Origin: Takakia lepidozioides
Taxonomy: Eukaryota; Plantae; Bryophyta
Direction of reading: 5' to 3'
DNA: 64,000 nt
Assembly: GCA_030704615.1 (NCBI GenBank)
Contig: CM060732.1
Coordinates: forward strand, 42,656,001 to 42,720,000
Shown here: positions 26,366 through 38,946 of the stretch, in pieces
Numbering within the stretch: the stretch's first letter is position 1
Layout: every line of letters begins with the position of its first letter
The notes under the pieces: model-generated
The model's input: only the letters and a program-made list of their open reading frames with translations
What the model was told of the DNA's origin: nothing
The model's database searches: none
Made by a program: the position numbers and the translations under genes

Positions 26366-29282
26366 GGCGGGAGCTATGTGCATCAAGATCATCGCCACAA
26401 TGCAAGCATACATGGTACCCTTTGGTGTTTAGCCCCGAGCAAATAGTTAGTCATGTACTACACATCCCGTCATATTAGCAAAAATAAAACATTGTCATGT
26501 GCATGTGCCATCTACCCCACTGCGGTGCACAAGACTGTCGTCGCTACTTCAGTCAATCCCAATCCTCATCGATATTATCCGGCATTGACAAGTGAATGTA
26601 CGCAGGTTGTTCATGGGGAACATAATATACCTGGATAATCATGCATTGTCCAAAGCAAGATGCCTCTCATCTGAAAAGATTGTCCGGCCATAGGGTCAAG
26701 TGAAGCATCCAATGTCGGGACACCCCTCCATAGCTCCTTAAGTTCATCAACAAGAGGTCGCAAGTACGTGTCCATGTTTGCCACTTGTTTTTTGCCTATG
26801 AGACATTCACATCATTATTTCAATGCTCCACCAATATGCAAATTATATTACGAAATGAATTACACGTCTTATTCCATGATTATGTCACTCATCAATCTTG
26901 CATCTGAATTGCGTCAGAGATCAGAAGTTTAATGTAAAGTCCAAGGCAATAATAAACATGAAATGAGTACACTCACCTGGCACAATGGCAGCTAACATGA
27001 TGTGGCCTTTTTTAATTGAAAGATACGGAGGGATATTGTAATTCACCATGGTCACCGGCCAAGTGGAATGACTACATGACTGGACAAAGAATGGGTTGAC
27101 CCCATCCGAGGAGAAGCCGAGGTGGACATGTCATAAGTCTTCCAAGAGAAAAGGCCACATCTCTTCAATATGCCTCCATGCTTGTGAATCTTGTGGCCCG
27201 TACACCTTTCCCGGGGGGCTCCGATGCGAGGCGTGCTATCTCATGAGTCTGGCCAATTCGGGGCTTTGGTACTGTGTCCTCAATAGCGGGATGATCGGAA
27301 AGTAATGCATTTTATAGGATAAAATACCCCACGCCCCCCACATGTAATCATGATCCCATTAGCACACATAATACAACACCCTTATGCCTTTCCTTTTATG
27401 CAGCCTCTCCCTCATTTGGGCATGAATGGTCAAAACCGAACGTCGCTCCTTCCACTCCTCACTCACTCCTTCCAAAACCACAATCAGATCTTGCATGAGT
27501 ACTACTCTCTAAACCCTAAACTTTGTGGAATACACTTTACATGCATTGAGAAGATTAAAGAAAGTAATCTCCATGCGAGGGGGAATGGCGCTTATATCTT
27601 GCGTGGTATTTTTTTCCCTTGGACATCATCCCGATATCAGTCTTTCTAGCGCTCTGGGCACTTGGTGAGACGCGAATCATCTCCGTAGTATAGGGTTTTA
27701 TCACATGGACATGATGAAAAATCTTATAGCCCATCCCCAAGAGTCCAAGACTTCGCGGGGCTCTTTCCGCGACCGTGGCATCTTAGGTTTCAAGTGTGGA
27801 GCAAGAATATTGTCCGCAATAATTCGCATTATGGCAGACATCCCAACATTACTTATGCCAAATCGAATTTGAAGATTGAGCAAAAGTAAGATTGTTGAAA
27901 GTCGATTCACTTTTGCCCCTTCGTACAAGAGAGTTCTCGCCTCCCTCTCCATATCATTTGAAGGGGCCATTTCATGATCATCGATTGGCCGGGTTCCCTC
28001 TCCATGGGATGCATCAGCGCCCACATGATGCATTAAGAGATCCTCCATGGCTTGCACATCCTCCTGGTTAATTTCATGCTCATTGTTGTTGTCACTATCA
28101 CTGTCATTGTCATCGTCATCATCGTCCGGTACTGTGGGAGCGGCGTCTTGCCCACGGCTCCCGCCTGATGTACTTGGGTTGTTTTCGGATGGGGTGCCAA
28201 GAGAAAGGACGGGAAAGGATGGACAAAGTTCTGATACGAACATACGGACATATATTATAATGTGTCATTGCAATCATACAACTCATTATAAGTGAAATGC
28301 AAACAACAACCTTCAATGTGTGTGTGCATCAAATATGTCATTCAATAATTACATGTTTGTGCGCAACGTACACGCATACAAAGTTTCAATCCCAAACAAA
28401 ATCATTTGCCCCCAATGACGCAGTCACCCTACCAACCAATTTTTGTTTATTAATGTGAAAGAAAATCCTCTCATGCCATTGCACCCATCAAACGGATGTG
28501 GCTCAAGCTTCAACTTTTCCTACATTTGCTTAAATATGTGTGCAACGCCTGTATAAAGATCCAGCAGAAAAAAAAAAAAACATTTGCCTCCCCAACGATG
28601 CACTCACCTTTGCACCAATTTAGAATTAAATCGAATTTAAATAATTTTAAAATAAATATTTGCATTTAGAAAATATATGATTGCGGTTTTGAAGGGCGTA
28701 ATGATTTTATTCTTAGCTCTATTTTGTTCAGTGACATTGGGCTTTGCACCACTACATCCATGCAAAAAACTGGACAAAAGAAAAATGGAAAAAAAATAAG
28801 TGTGTTTCTAGGGTCACTTTTGCAAAACTCTCTATAAAGAGTGCATGAAGTTGAAAATAACTCAATTTTGGAGTGCAAATGAGAGAACAAAATCTGGTTA
28901 TGGGTCCAAATGACTTTTGTTTACTCCCAAATTTTGCATGCACATTGCATATGCTATCATTAAAGCATATGACTTGAAGATGGAAAAAAAAAAAAAAATC
29001 ATGTGCAGGTGAAATGTAATTTTCCGTCTCTACGACACGTAGCTGCGTTCCACACTAGAATGACCCATTGAATCAACTTGGTTCAAGCTCATATTTGGTC
29101 CACATGTGCATAAGTATGTTTAGATCACATATGCAAAGATGCAACCTACACGAGCAACAAGAAAAATATTTACATCAATCGATTAATCGGATGTATACAA
29201 AGTACATCATGAGAATATCTACAATGCCCCTCTACGCGATCCCTGTCTCAAATGAACCCTATTTCTATCATACACATCCCAC

Positions 29283-30205
29283 TCACGCTGTAAAGGTCCC
29301 AATCATCCGGGAGAACTCGTATGATGCAAATAGTTCGCTGTCAGCCCTAATAGTCCTACTAGCACATGTCATCACAAACATGTGCATCCCCTCACATTAT
29401 ACCGACGTATGACCACAAAAGCTCTCATGCCCATCGCTTCGTTCGTCCCATACTACATTGGTTCTCCTAGGATGACCAAAAGAACTGTTGACCAGCCCGG
29501 CAACATTGCCAAAGATGTCGGGGTCACCATCACAAAATCTGATCTCAATGGGAGACAACCCCCGTCTACGTACATCCTGTCCGTTGACACACAAAATGTA
29601 GGGTAGGATGTATGGGGCTTCGAGGCGTAATGTACGGAACTCCGCGGAGGTGTAGTATGGACCGTAGTAGGGAAACAAGTCCACCATGTTGTTTCTCCGA
29701 GGAGGAACCACAATATCATTGACCGTGAATAAACCATAGCAGGGTCTGTAGCGGCTCTCATAACATACCGTCTCCCCCAATACTCGAACTCCACATTTTC
29801 TCGGATGGGTGTGGAAGGGTCGAGATGATTCCCCCAACAGCCGAAGGGGAGGAACCTAGGGTGAAGCCGACCCCTCCTAGGGGTTCGGGGGGCACATGCA
29901 CGTGGAGGTGGAGGTGGTGGAGGTGGTACTGCTGGCGGAGGAGATGAAAGTGGAGGTGGTTGAGGATGTAATGCCGAAGGTACAGCCGGGGGTACAATGT
30001 CCGGATCAGGCAAAGAAACAGACGGGGGAGGCCACAATCAGGGGGACAGCCTGAGGAAACTGGAGGGGGGGGGGGGGGTTGGGCCTGCTTGTCGCCGGCC
30101 ATAACGCCTACGACACCTACGATACCCCTCAACCCTACGCATCTCATCTACATGCTGCTGGGGGAACTAACTGGTCACATCGGACACATCATGTGGTACA
30201 AATTC
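29283..30205 (-). pseudogene. Pro-rich linker plus SET-domain-like coding exon within the CACTA
   Basis: CYGLFTVNDI...FPYYGPYY...DGDPDIFGNVAGLVNSS...[TAA]...FVMTCASRTIRADSELFASYEF matches the ordered SET motifs GxGLF / YxG / (RF)xNHS / ELxxxY. Confidence 0.65.
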
Positions 30206-30412
30206 TGCAAGTAGACCGGCGCGAAATGCCTCAAGTGCAATGTGATTGCGAGCTTGGGCATCAAGTCATGGCTGCAATATGAGTAGTGAACGACGCATCA
30301 ATACTTATGTCGTAATTTGGATTCATGTATGCTTACCAATCATACTATATTATTAGATAAACCTAAATGTACCTTAAGTGAATGTTAATGAGACGGGTGG
30401 GAAAAACACTCA

Positions 30413-30805
30413 CCTTTGCTGCATCCGCAATATTGTTCTTATTGTGATTTTTTCAACAACATGCGGTCGCCGCCTCGGTGGTCTGGTGCCGCCGGCGGGT
30501 CCGTTCCAACACTTAGTGCACCAACACTCAATCCTATCGGGGGGGTCAAAGGTGGACGTGGTTGGACGGGGTGGCCCGCGAGGGGGCAACACACGGCGCG
30601 CCCGACTCGATCCTGGAGTGTCAACATCCTCCGCATCAACTAAAATTTGGTCCCGGTCCCTTCTACGATTGTGTTCGGCAGCCTGTGTTGGATTAGGTGC
30701 AATGGGTGGCTCCTCGCCACGAAAAATGGTCGCTCTAGGGCCACGATCGATATGTGGTACTACCTCCCCATCCTCAAGGGAGACGGGTTGATGTTTCCTC
30801 ACCAT
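30413..30805 (-). CDS. Putative first exon of the CACTA transposase gene (CxCxxC transposase-associated motif)
   Basis: ATG-started ORF with IECWCTKCWN, ending at an AAG|GTGAGT donor near 30412. Confidence 0.5.
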
Positions 30806-31965
30806 CGCATCCTAATTAACACACACCACCAGCACTTTCATTTCTCAAAAACCGTTGGCGAAAAAACCCTATGCCTCAGCCTCGAGGCTTTCAAAATTGG
30901 TAACCAAAGACGGAGCATCCCTATGGTGCTAGAGAGCCCAAGACAATAAATCCTTCCTCATGTTCTATCTTCAGGATCATGCCCACACCATGGAAAAATT
31001 TGTTGAGACCCAGCGCTTTGCGATTATCAGATTGAACCACATTTAGGGTATGTGAATCCTAATTACATCGTTTATCCTTTTAGCCCCAAGACCCACAACC
31101 AAAACTGCCAATCCAAAACCCAGCACCATAAAGAAAAGCAAAAACCCTAACCTAGGACCAAATGACCAAAAAAAAAAAAAACTAAGAAACCCAAAAGGCC
31201 CTAAACCCTAAACCCAGAAAGGCCAGCCGTTGCCTCCTGCGACACCCTCGCGTCGCATTTGGCAACGCATTTTTTTTCAAATTTCTACCTGGGGGTCGCA
31301 CCCCGCGACGGCTTTCCGTCGCGGGAGGCGACGTGGTTTTTTATTTATGGGGGTGGGGGTCGTAAGCAGCGACGGCCCGCCATCGCAAATACAATTTTTA
31401 ATTTTCAAAAAAATGGCGGGGCACAGGCGTGCGACGGCCGAGCGCCGTGCCTTTTTTTTTTCCCTAAGTGCTTGAAGCACCTATTTCCCCTCCCGTTTTC
31501 GTTTGTTCTTTGGGAGAGAGGTAGTTCAGAGAGTGGGGTTTATGGTGGAGGAGAAACGCACCTGCTGCTAAGCCCGAGGTGGTCGCAAGGCCCCAAGGAG
31601 TCTGCCCCAACGCCGCTCCAACACCCAAGGTAAGCACCACCTCCTCCCTCATTTTCTCTCTTGCTTTCTTGCCCTAAGCATGGGCTGATGTCTCTATCCC
31701 TTGTGTGGTAGGAACGCCGCGCAGAGGCACGATCTAAACGAGCTGAAGAGAAAGAGAGCCATGGTGAGTGGGGGAGAGACGCCCTGCAACGGCGAGGACC
31801 CGTGCCGTTGGTAGCTGCGACAGCACCGCAGCAGCTCACCTGAAGCACCAGCAGCCGCAGCAGCAGAGGTAGGTCAGGGTGGGGAGATGGTCTATGGTCT
31901 GTCTTGTCATGTGGGATCAAGGGAAAGATGTCGAGAGTTGTCCATAACTTGTATGTCACATCAAA

Positions 31966-32000
<35 letters not shown>

Positions 32001-32469
32001 GAAACAAAAAAAATAAAAATAAAAATAAAAATTGGGGGGGGAGGGAGTTACTGAGCAGAAGGGGCTGGGCTTTTGGCTCAGTTTCAAGACTTTTTAAAGT
32101 TGGTAAACAAAGGTACATGCACAATTCCCTTGATAGATTTGAAGAGAGCGTCTCTTTGGTGTGAGAGAACCTCGGACATTAGAAAATGAATATTGTCTTC
32201 AAATTGCCCACACAACGGGCAATTGCACTCTCCATTTCCTCTTTGCTTCTGTTTACTGTTCAAAGGTAGTCTTTATGCTTTGAGTTTAAGTTTCAGTCTA
32301 ATGTCGTTGGGGCGGGGGCTCGCGACCCCCATACCACACATTTTTGCGACGTCATTTTGGCGACGCCCATGCGACTGCCGGGCGTCGCAAATTTGGCGCT
32401 TGTCGCGTGCCCGAAATGCACGTTTTTCCGACGCTGGGGCATGGCCGATGATGCCCAGGCGTCACAAAG

Positions 32470-33401
32470 GCCCCCTTTTTCCTGTGATCTTCTTCTCCGC
32501 AATAGAGGCATAATCCATTCGGGCGCCATCTTTGTTTTTCTCGTGGCCTCAATGGTTTGAATCGGACAACATCAATCTGCATAGGATCACTACCGGATTT
32601 CTGATGGATCATTGTGTTTGGTGTCGTAGTAGCAGCGGCATGATGCGTCGTGGACCATCTAGATCGCTTCTCTTGACATCTTTCGAACAAACGATTATCG
32701 CATGCAATGACTTGGGTGATGAATTCACTCAGTGTACTCACGTTTGGCATTGTCAGCAACAAATCTTTTACATCATTTTTTAGCCCACATTAAAACTGAC
32801 TAATGAGGCTCTTCTCATTCCAGTTGAGGTCGCACGCAAGTTGTCGAGATTCGGCAACATAAACAGAAGCAGAACGTGCTCCTTGTCGAAGATTTTGCAT
32901 CTTTGTCTCTGCAACTCTCTCTCTATCATTCTCTCCAAACGTTTCAGTGAACTCGGACATGAATGCTTCAAAATTATATAGTAAATGCGAATTTTTTTCT
33001 AATAGCGGTACAAACCAAGATAGGGCAGTGCCTGATAGAAGGGTGCCCACAAATCCCACTTGAATACCTTCATTGGGGTAGCGTTGTGGATGTAGTCGTA
33101 GGAACAGTCGTACTTGTTGAACAAAACCGCGAAATCTTGATCTCGTCCCATCAAATTTCTTGGGAATGCCGATCTTTGATTCTCTTGTAATCTGTTGAAG
33201 ATGAACCGTTGCAGTAGGAGCTGTTGCCATAAGGACTCGTATGGTTGAAGATCCATTGTTCGACTCTTTTAACTCTAAAATTTGTTGTTGCAAATTGTGG
33301 AGAGCGTTGTCAAGATTTTGAGACTGATTAGCTTGAAGTTCTTGCATCTGGAGCTGAAGACTTTGCAATGTGACGACCATTTCGCCAAATGTGCCTTCCA
33401 C
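32470..33401 (-). pseudogene. Chromovirus gag with zinc knuckle
   Basis: PKKFDGTRSRFRGF..LLSGTALSWF..LRQG, DPMQID, and CLYCGEEDH truncated by the CACTA. Confidence 0.9.
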
Positions 33402-33439
33402 CTTAACTAACTAAGGAATAAATTTCAGTCTCACCAAAT

Positions 33440-33997
33440 TGTCAAGGACGAGAACATGATTGAACACAAACAAGATATTAGACTAGAGGTACAAGACTAG
33501 ACAAAAAGTCAAGGTCGGCGTGGCTGAATGCATGGTGGGTAAACATGAATCAAGATGATTTTTATAACAATCGACAAGAGTACAAGATACTGAAACTCGA
33601 CTCGAATACATGAATACTGGAAACTGGACTGAGGTATCAGATATTGGAAACTGGACTAGAGTACTGGAAGCTGGACTGAGTACTGGGACCGGGAACAAGA
33701 GTAGCTTGAACTTGTGTTGGCGAGATTGAAGAGTGTCCAGTCTCGCCTCCTATATATACTGGCTACTAGGAGGTTCCCTAAGAGGCTTCCCCAAAGGAGG
33801 TTTCTTGATGGAGAAGTTTCATCCAAAGGAAGCTTCTTCAGCAATTTCCCAAGTTACTCTTGGTAATTTGATAAACTCCCGGTAACTTGGTAACTAATGG
33901 TAAATCATGGTAAGTCATGGTAACTTTTGGTAACTTGATAACTTGGTACCTTCTGGTATTTACTCCTGGTAAGTTCCTCTCGGCTATGTCCGTGACA
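33440..33997 (-). repeat. 5' LTR of the chromovirus (TATA at ~33751-33758)
   Basis: Direct repeat of 19685-20245 with TG..CA ends. Confidence 0.95.
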
Positions 33998-35379
33998 CCT
34001 GCTATCCTAGTTGCAAGTGTTAGGATATGAGATTATATAATGCCTTCACACAGAAGAGCAGCAACAAACTTCATGACTGACATCCTGTCACAACTCCTCT
34101 ACAGGGAGAAGCCAATTGGACAAGGAAGCTTAGTGATATGGTACCACACCGCGTAGCCATATAGGTAGGGGTACCGACACCCACAAGTGTCCAGCCTTTT
34201 GCTGCAAGCAGATAAGCAGAAAAATTGGGGCACGGGCTCCCTTCTGTGAATGCCGCTGGTTCCAAGCCAGTGAAGCACAATTAAACAAGCCTCTTCTGCA
34301 TGACGGCTAATTCGCCGTGCTTCTGCCTGCTCTGCAACAATGCATCATGCATGCTACACTCACATAGTCGTAATTCGTCTTTGTACACAAGTCATATCCA
34401 TGGCGAACACTGGCTGTAATCCATCGTTAGGCTTGTAACCAGTAGCCTATTTTGTGGCCTAAACTCAGAATCGTGGACATGCAAGGTGGTCAGTTTGCCT
34501 TATCAGGAAGGCTGGAAGTCGGTTAGCCTGATTCGGAATTTTTTTCCCTTGTGTTTTCCACCCCCTAAAACTTGCAGTCCATGGCAGTTTGATGATGCAT
34601 TGATAGTGAGGCTCGCAACGATGCCCCCGTTTTGTCACTACATTCGAATTTGGCGAGAAGCAGGTTGGCGGGAGCGCAAATTATATCTCCACTTCGCTCC
34701 ACTTGTTCATTCGGTTTGCTCTTGCTCACTCTTCATCGCTCTTGCTTCTTTGCAGTGTCTACGTCGTCCCTGTTCACTTCGTCGTTTGGCAAGTTGCCCC
34801 TGCATCACACGGTTAGCATGTGAACGCATTTGCTATGGTCATCGTTGTGGGCCAACTCGCCCCATCATCACACGACTACCATGCGATCTCGCTTTAGGAG
34901 AACTGCACACACAGCTCCATGGCACCGCAACATGGAATGCCTTAAGAATTTGCAGATTGGTTCTTGTGAAATTTGAAGTAGAACTTGTTCACGGTTTGGG
35001 AAGCCCGCACCGACTTTCAGACCTGCAAAGAAATGTGTAGTTCTCTCATTCAGACTCCCTTCAAGGGTGTCGACCTTCGTTGACAGTTGGCCACCGACTA
35101 TCCCAATCCCACATACCACACCATATGCGGATGCTCATGTGAGCGGCATGAAGGCACAGTGCACATGCTCATGTGAGCAGTAATATTGCCCATGCGATTG
35201 CATACCGTCCTGACATACGACCCGAGTTGCGCATAGCGGAAAGTCCACCATGACAGCCAGCTGTCGAGCGCTGCCACATCCTTCTCGGAGACAGCCCCTG
35301 ATGATATCCACCATGCCCGAATTGTCAGGAATGCTATCTGCGCCTCATCCTCCGATTTCGCCGCCCGCCACTATGCACA

Positions 35380-36560
35380 TATTTTGATGTGAGCCGCTTG
35401 CAGATCAGGTCGTATGTAGTCATTTGTGTGCCCATGCAGGCTCTGTGCCTAGTGGAAACTGCAAGTCCGCTCCCTCCCGGACATTGGGCTGTCGTCACCG
35501 TACACCACTCGAACCGTAGCCCAGTTTGCATTGGCATTGTCCGCCATAAATCTGCGGAAATTGGGGAGTCGTTTGTCTGCTCTTACCATTTGCTGGTTGA
35601 TGCTCTCCCACATTATCATAAGTGAAGCCGTGTCCTCCGATTTCATCTCGCGAATTGCAATGGTCATTAGCTTCTGGTAGTTGGGCTCGTACACATGGCA
35701 TGCCATTGTACTCCATCCATTTATGCGCTTCACGTGGTCAAACATAATCCAGCTTCCCTCCAAGTCCCCGCCAGTATTCATCCGCTCCACCAAATCCACT
35801 CCTGAAGTGACACCAACAGTGGACATCTTAAATGAAACACCGCTCGTGGTCGCTGCCTTGTCCTGGGAAATGACTTCCATGTATGTAGTCATAGCCACAA
35901 CTGGATTTCATTTTCACCAAAGACGACATCTCATCGCCACATCCCATTTCATTTTTCATCTTCTGCACAGATTGTTTGGTGACGGAGCTACCAAATGCTT
36001 CCACAACGTCTAGAAGATCCTCGAACTTGGAGCTATCCAACTGGCTCCGCTGTCCACCATCGCGCGACATTATCCGGTCCATGATGATGCTTCAGCGCGG
36101 ACAACAACTCCACAGCTTTCAGACGTGCAGATGGGGACCTCCTCACCTCCTCCTCCAAGACCATTTTCGCTTTCGCCGATGCATCCCGTGATGCTCCTGT
36201 TGCGATGTTGCGGTTGTGGTAGCCTACATGGACAACGGCTCTTGTCATGCTTGGGGGAGCCATTATGTAATACATTTTTGCGGGGCACGACTCGATACAG
36301 AGGGGGGGGGGGGGGGGGGGGGTGGGGGTGATTGCATATCCCGCAAACAAAGGTATTGTCTGGGACTTTGCTTTGTGCTCTGAATTTGGAGTCGGATGTC
36401 CCCGACCAGTACCTGTCGTTATGGTACTTCTCCCTGACGTAGAAAGGGCAGTCCAATCGGAGACATCGTAGACTTCCAACACATGACACATATCTGTCAT
36501 CATCAGAATAATTTTGTCAGGACTGGCAACCCAACCCGCAAGTCGTTGCGGACCTCCGAA
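35380..36560 (-). mobile_element. Degenerate GCM-domain Mutator (MULE) transposase, copy a
   Basis: SCVGSLRC..DC..FVCGIC..C..HVGYH (GCM/WRKY-like); FPGQG, MFDHVKR, TMACHVY, FMADNANANW, RERTCSFH. Confidence 0.75.
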
Positions 36561-36597
36561 GTGAGCAAAAAATGGATGTTCATTTTCGGAGATGAAC

Positions 36598-37052
36598 ATG
36601 GGAAGTCGGGACAAACTTCCCTCATCGTGAAAATTAGACTGTAGATGTAGGGGTGCCTGAAGTCGGCACAGACTTCCAAACCGCGAGCAAATGCAACAAA
36701 AATGAATGCAGAAGGACACATCGGAAGTCGGCTCAGACTTCCCCTCACCGCAAAAATTTTACTGCAAATGTACGAGTGCCTGAAGTCGGCACAGACTTCC
36801 AAACCGCGCACAAACGCAAAAAAAAAGAATGCAAAAGGACTTGACAACCAACATCTAGCCCAGTGGTAAGGGCACTCTTACGAGTAGTTCTGGGTTCAAA
36901 CCACCCTGTTCGTTGTTACAAAGGTGTCCACCTTCCTACCGAAAGGCAGTAGCCCTTCTGGTTCAAGTGACACCATAAGTTATGCTTGCTTCGACAATGC
37001 GTCCACCTATTTTTTGGAAAAGGGACACATCGGAAGTCGGCACAGACTTCCC
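36598..37052. repeat. Array of palindromic GAAGTC-N6-GACTTC repeats (123-bp higher-order unit)
   Basis: Copies at ~36602, 36658, 36724, 36782 and 37033. Confidence 0.85.
36853..36910 (+). other. tRNA-derived Pol III promoter fragment (SINE head)
   Basis: A-box TAGCCCAGTGG and B-box GGTTCAAACC; no full cloverleaf. Confidence 0.45.
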
Positions 37053-37069
37053 ATTAGCAGGAAAATTAC

Positions 37070-38250
37070 ATAGCAAACGCAGAAGTGGGATACTTGGACA
37101 GTTGCTACAAGATACAGTTTCTGGCGATTTCATGTCGACTCGCCTTATGGCTGTGTCTTTCCTCTCAAGCAACGGCAAAGCCACGTTTGTGGTCTTTGTC
37201 ACGTTCCACGGGTTACAGTCGAACTTGCGGTCCATTCCGTCCAATTGACCGGCCGAACTTCCACTCACTGCAGGGGGCAACTCATACACAATATTGCCAT
37301 CCACGCGATGGGGCAAACTATCCACCTTCACGACTTGCATATGAAGGAAGTCAATTTTAGAAAGTTTGCTTCTTGCAGTCGAGCTGACCGAAAGAAGCTA
37401 CAGATTGTTGACTATGGACTTGGGAGCCCTATGCAATGCTGCCTGTGATGGGGTTTCTCTGGGAACATGGGATGTGCTGTTGCTTTTGGATTTGGCAGCT
37501 GATGGGACATGGACCCCTGTCGATCCGACGACATCATAGTCGTCTTCCTTGCCATTGGAAATGTCTATACTATCTGTCTTCACTTTAACGCCGGGGGCGA
37601 CCCCGGACGCCCCTGTGTGTGGTGTGACTGGCGTCAGTATCGTGGAAGATTCAGGAGATGCTGCAGGAATCCCAAAGACACGATACCCACATTCCCCTTT
37701 GTAAGGAAGGACCCAGGCTTTTCCAACATCGTCTCGCAAGGGCTCCACAATACGCGTTTCTAGAATATTGCTGCCCTCCATAACCTCCTCCACTTTGAAG
37801 ACCACCGAGTCCGGGAGTAAACCCCATCGCGACCTGAGGAGTTTGTCTGTAAAACGAACCTCTCCATCCCTGGCATAAACTGAGACATAAGTCTTGTGGG
37901 GGGGCGCGACACTCTAACAAACCCAGACATCTTCAGCAAAATGGGAGGCGTCCAGAAAGACGCTTTCTCATTCCCCTTCTGAATGCATGGCAAAAGACGT
38001 TCCACCCGGGTGCCACCCTTTTGGCCGTAAATCGTGGAATTTGCATGGTGTCCGATGTTGTGTGCGTACTGCATTGAAGTCAACGCCGACTCTCAAATGT
38101 CCGCCTTCCTCATCATGACCATGACATGCTCATCCCCATTCCCGGGTGCTTGGGAACTTGTGTCGAGTACCGACATATATTTCATAGCGAAGTCATGCGG
38201 AGTGTTCAATACAAGTAAGTCTATGCCGACTTCCCAGATATGTCTGTGGC
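37070..38250 (-). mobile_element. N-terminal fragment of a second GCM-MULE transposase, copy b
   Basis: VDSLPHRVDGNIVYELP..GMDRKFDCNPWNVTKTTN..SCSNCPSIP, paralleling the N-terminus of copy a. Confidence 0.55.
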
Positions 38251-38946
38251 AAGTGATTGAAAACGTCTTGTTCTGAATAGGAACACAAGTAAGCCGCAAC
38301 GACGCAATGGCGTGAGCGTTGCACGTGAGCGCGCGAGCGTACGCTCACGCAGGAGTGACGTGGCGTGAGCGTACGCTCACGCCAGCTGACGTGGCGTGAG
38401 CCTGCACACATGCTGACGTGGCGTGAGCGTCATGTCAGCATGCTGATGTGGCGGTAAATGATGACGTGGCACTGTCCGTCAACTGCCACGTCAGCATTAA
38501 CATGCGCCGCCTATAACCGTGGATGGTCCTATGACCGTGGAATTAATGCAGGGAATCTTGCCTAAATAGAATCAAGACGAGCGTTGAGGCCTACAATTGC
38601 AGCATCCAACATTGTGCAATTACAAATGTTTGTTTCACTTTTACAATTACGAAGACGACAAAATATCCTCACAAAGTGTGCGCCATAAAGGCTGCCACGA
38701 GAAGACTTCCTCCCTCCTCAAATAACAATGAGAGTTATGATCATCTTCAAAAGATGATTGTAGTGCATAGCGACAGCAAGACATGTAGACTTCGAACGGT
38801 GCAATGACAAATGTGCACTACCTAAAAGTTGTCACTCAGACCTCACTCCGTATAGTTGGAGGCCATATCATTGCACAGCCGACGAATTGATGTGAATTAC
38901 ACATTTCAAATCATGGTCATCCACATACCACATTACATAGTTCATG

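Larger units (their letters stand above)
23418..32480 (-). mobile_element. CACTA/EnSpm transposon nested in the chromovirus, 3' part inverted
   Basis: Tnp2-like segments on the minus strand (EARTLLYEGA..., DTYLRPLVDELKELW, LLWTMHDYPG, RLSIFYELSYW, APWQWTKEE). DUF4218/DUF4216-like parts on + at 23420-24720 (EGSMAEGY.., GRHFRI..DSGL). GCGAC subterminal repeats at 31230-31450 and 32310-32470; truncated CAC(T)A-like end near 32480. Confidence 0.85.
19685..33997 (-). mobile_element. Ty3/gypsy chromovirus (Tcn1-like) with both LTRs, interrupted by a CACTA
   Basis: TG..CA LTRs at 19685-20245 and 33440-33997, perfect 5-bp TSD CCTGC (19680-19684, 33998-34002), PPT 20246-20260, gag 32470-33401, RT-RNaseH-IN-chromodomain 20821-23415. 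Confidence 0.95.
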
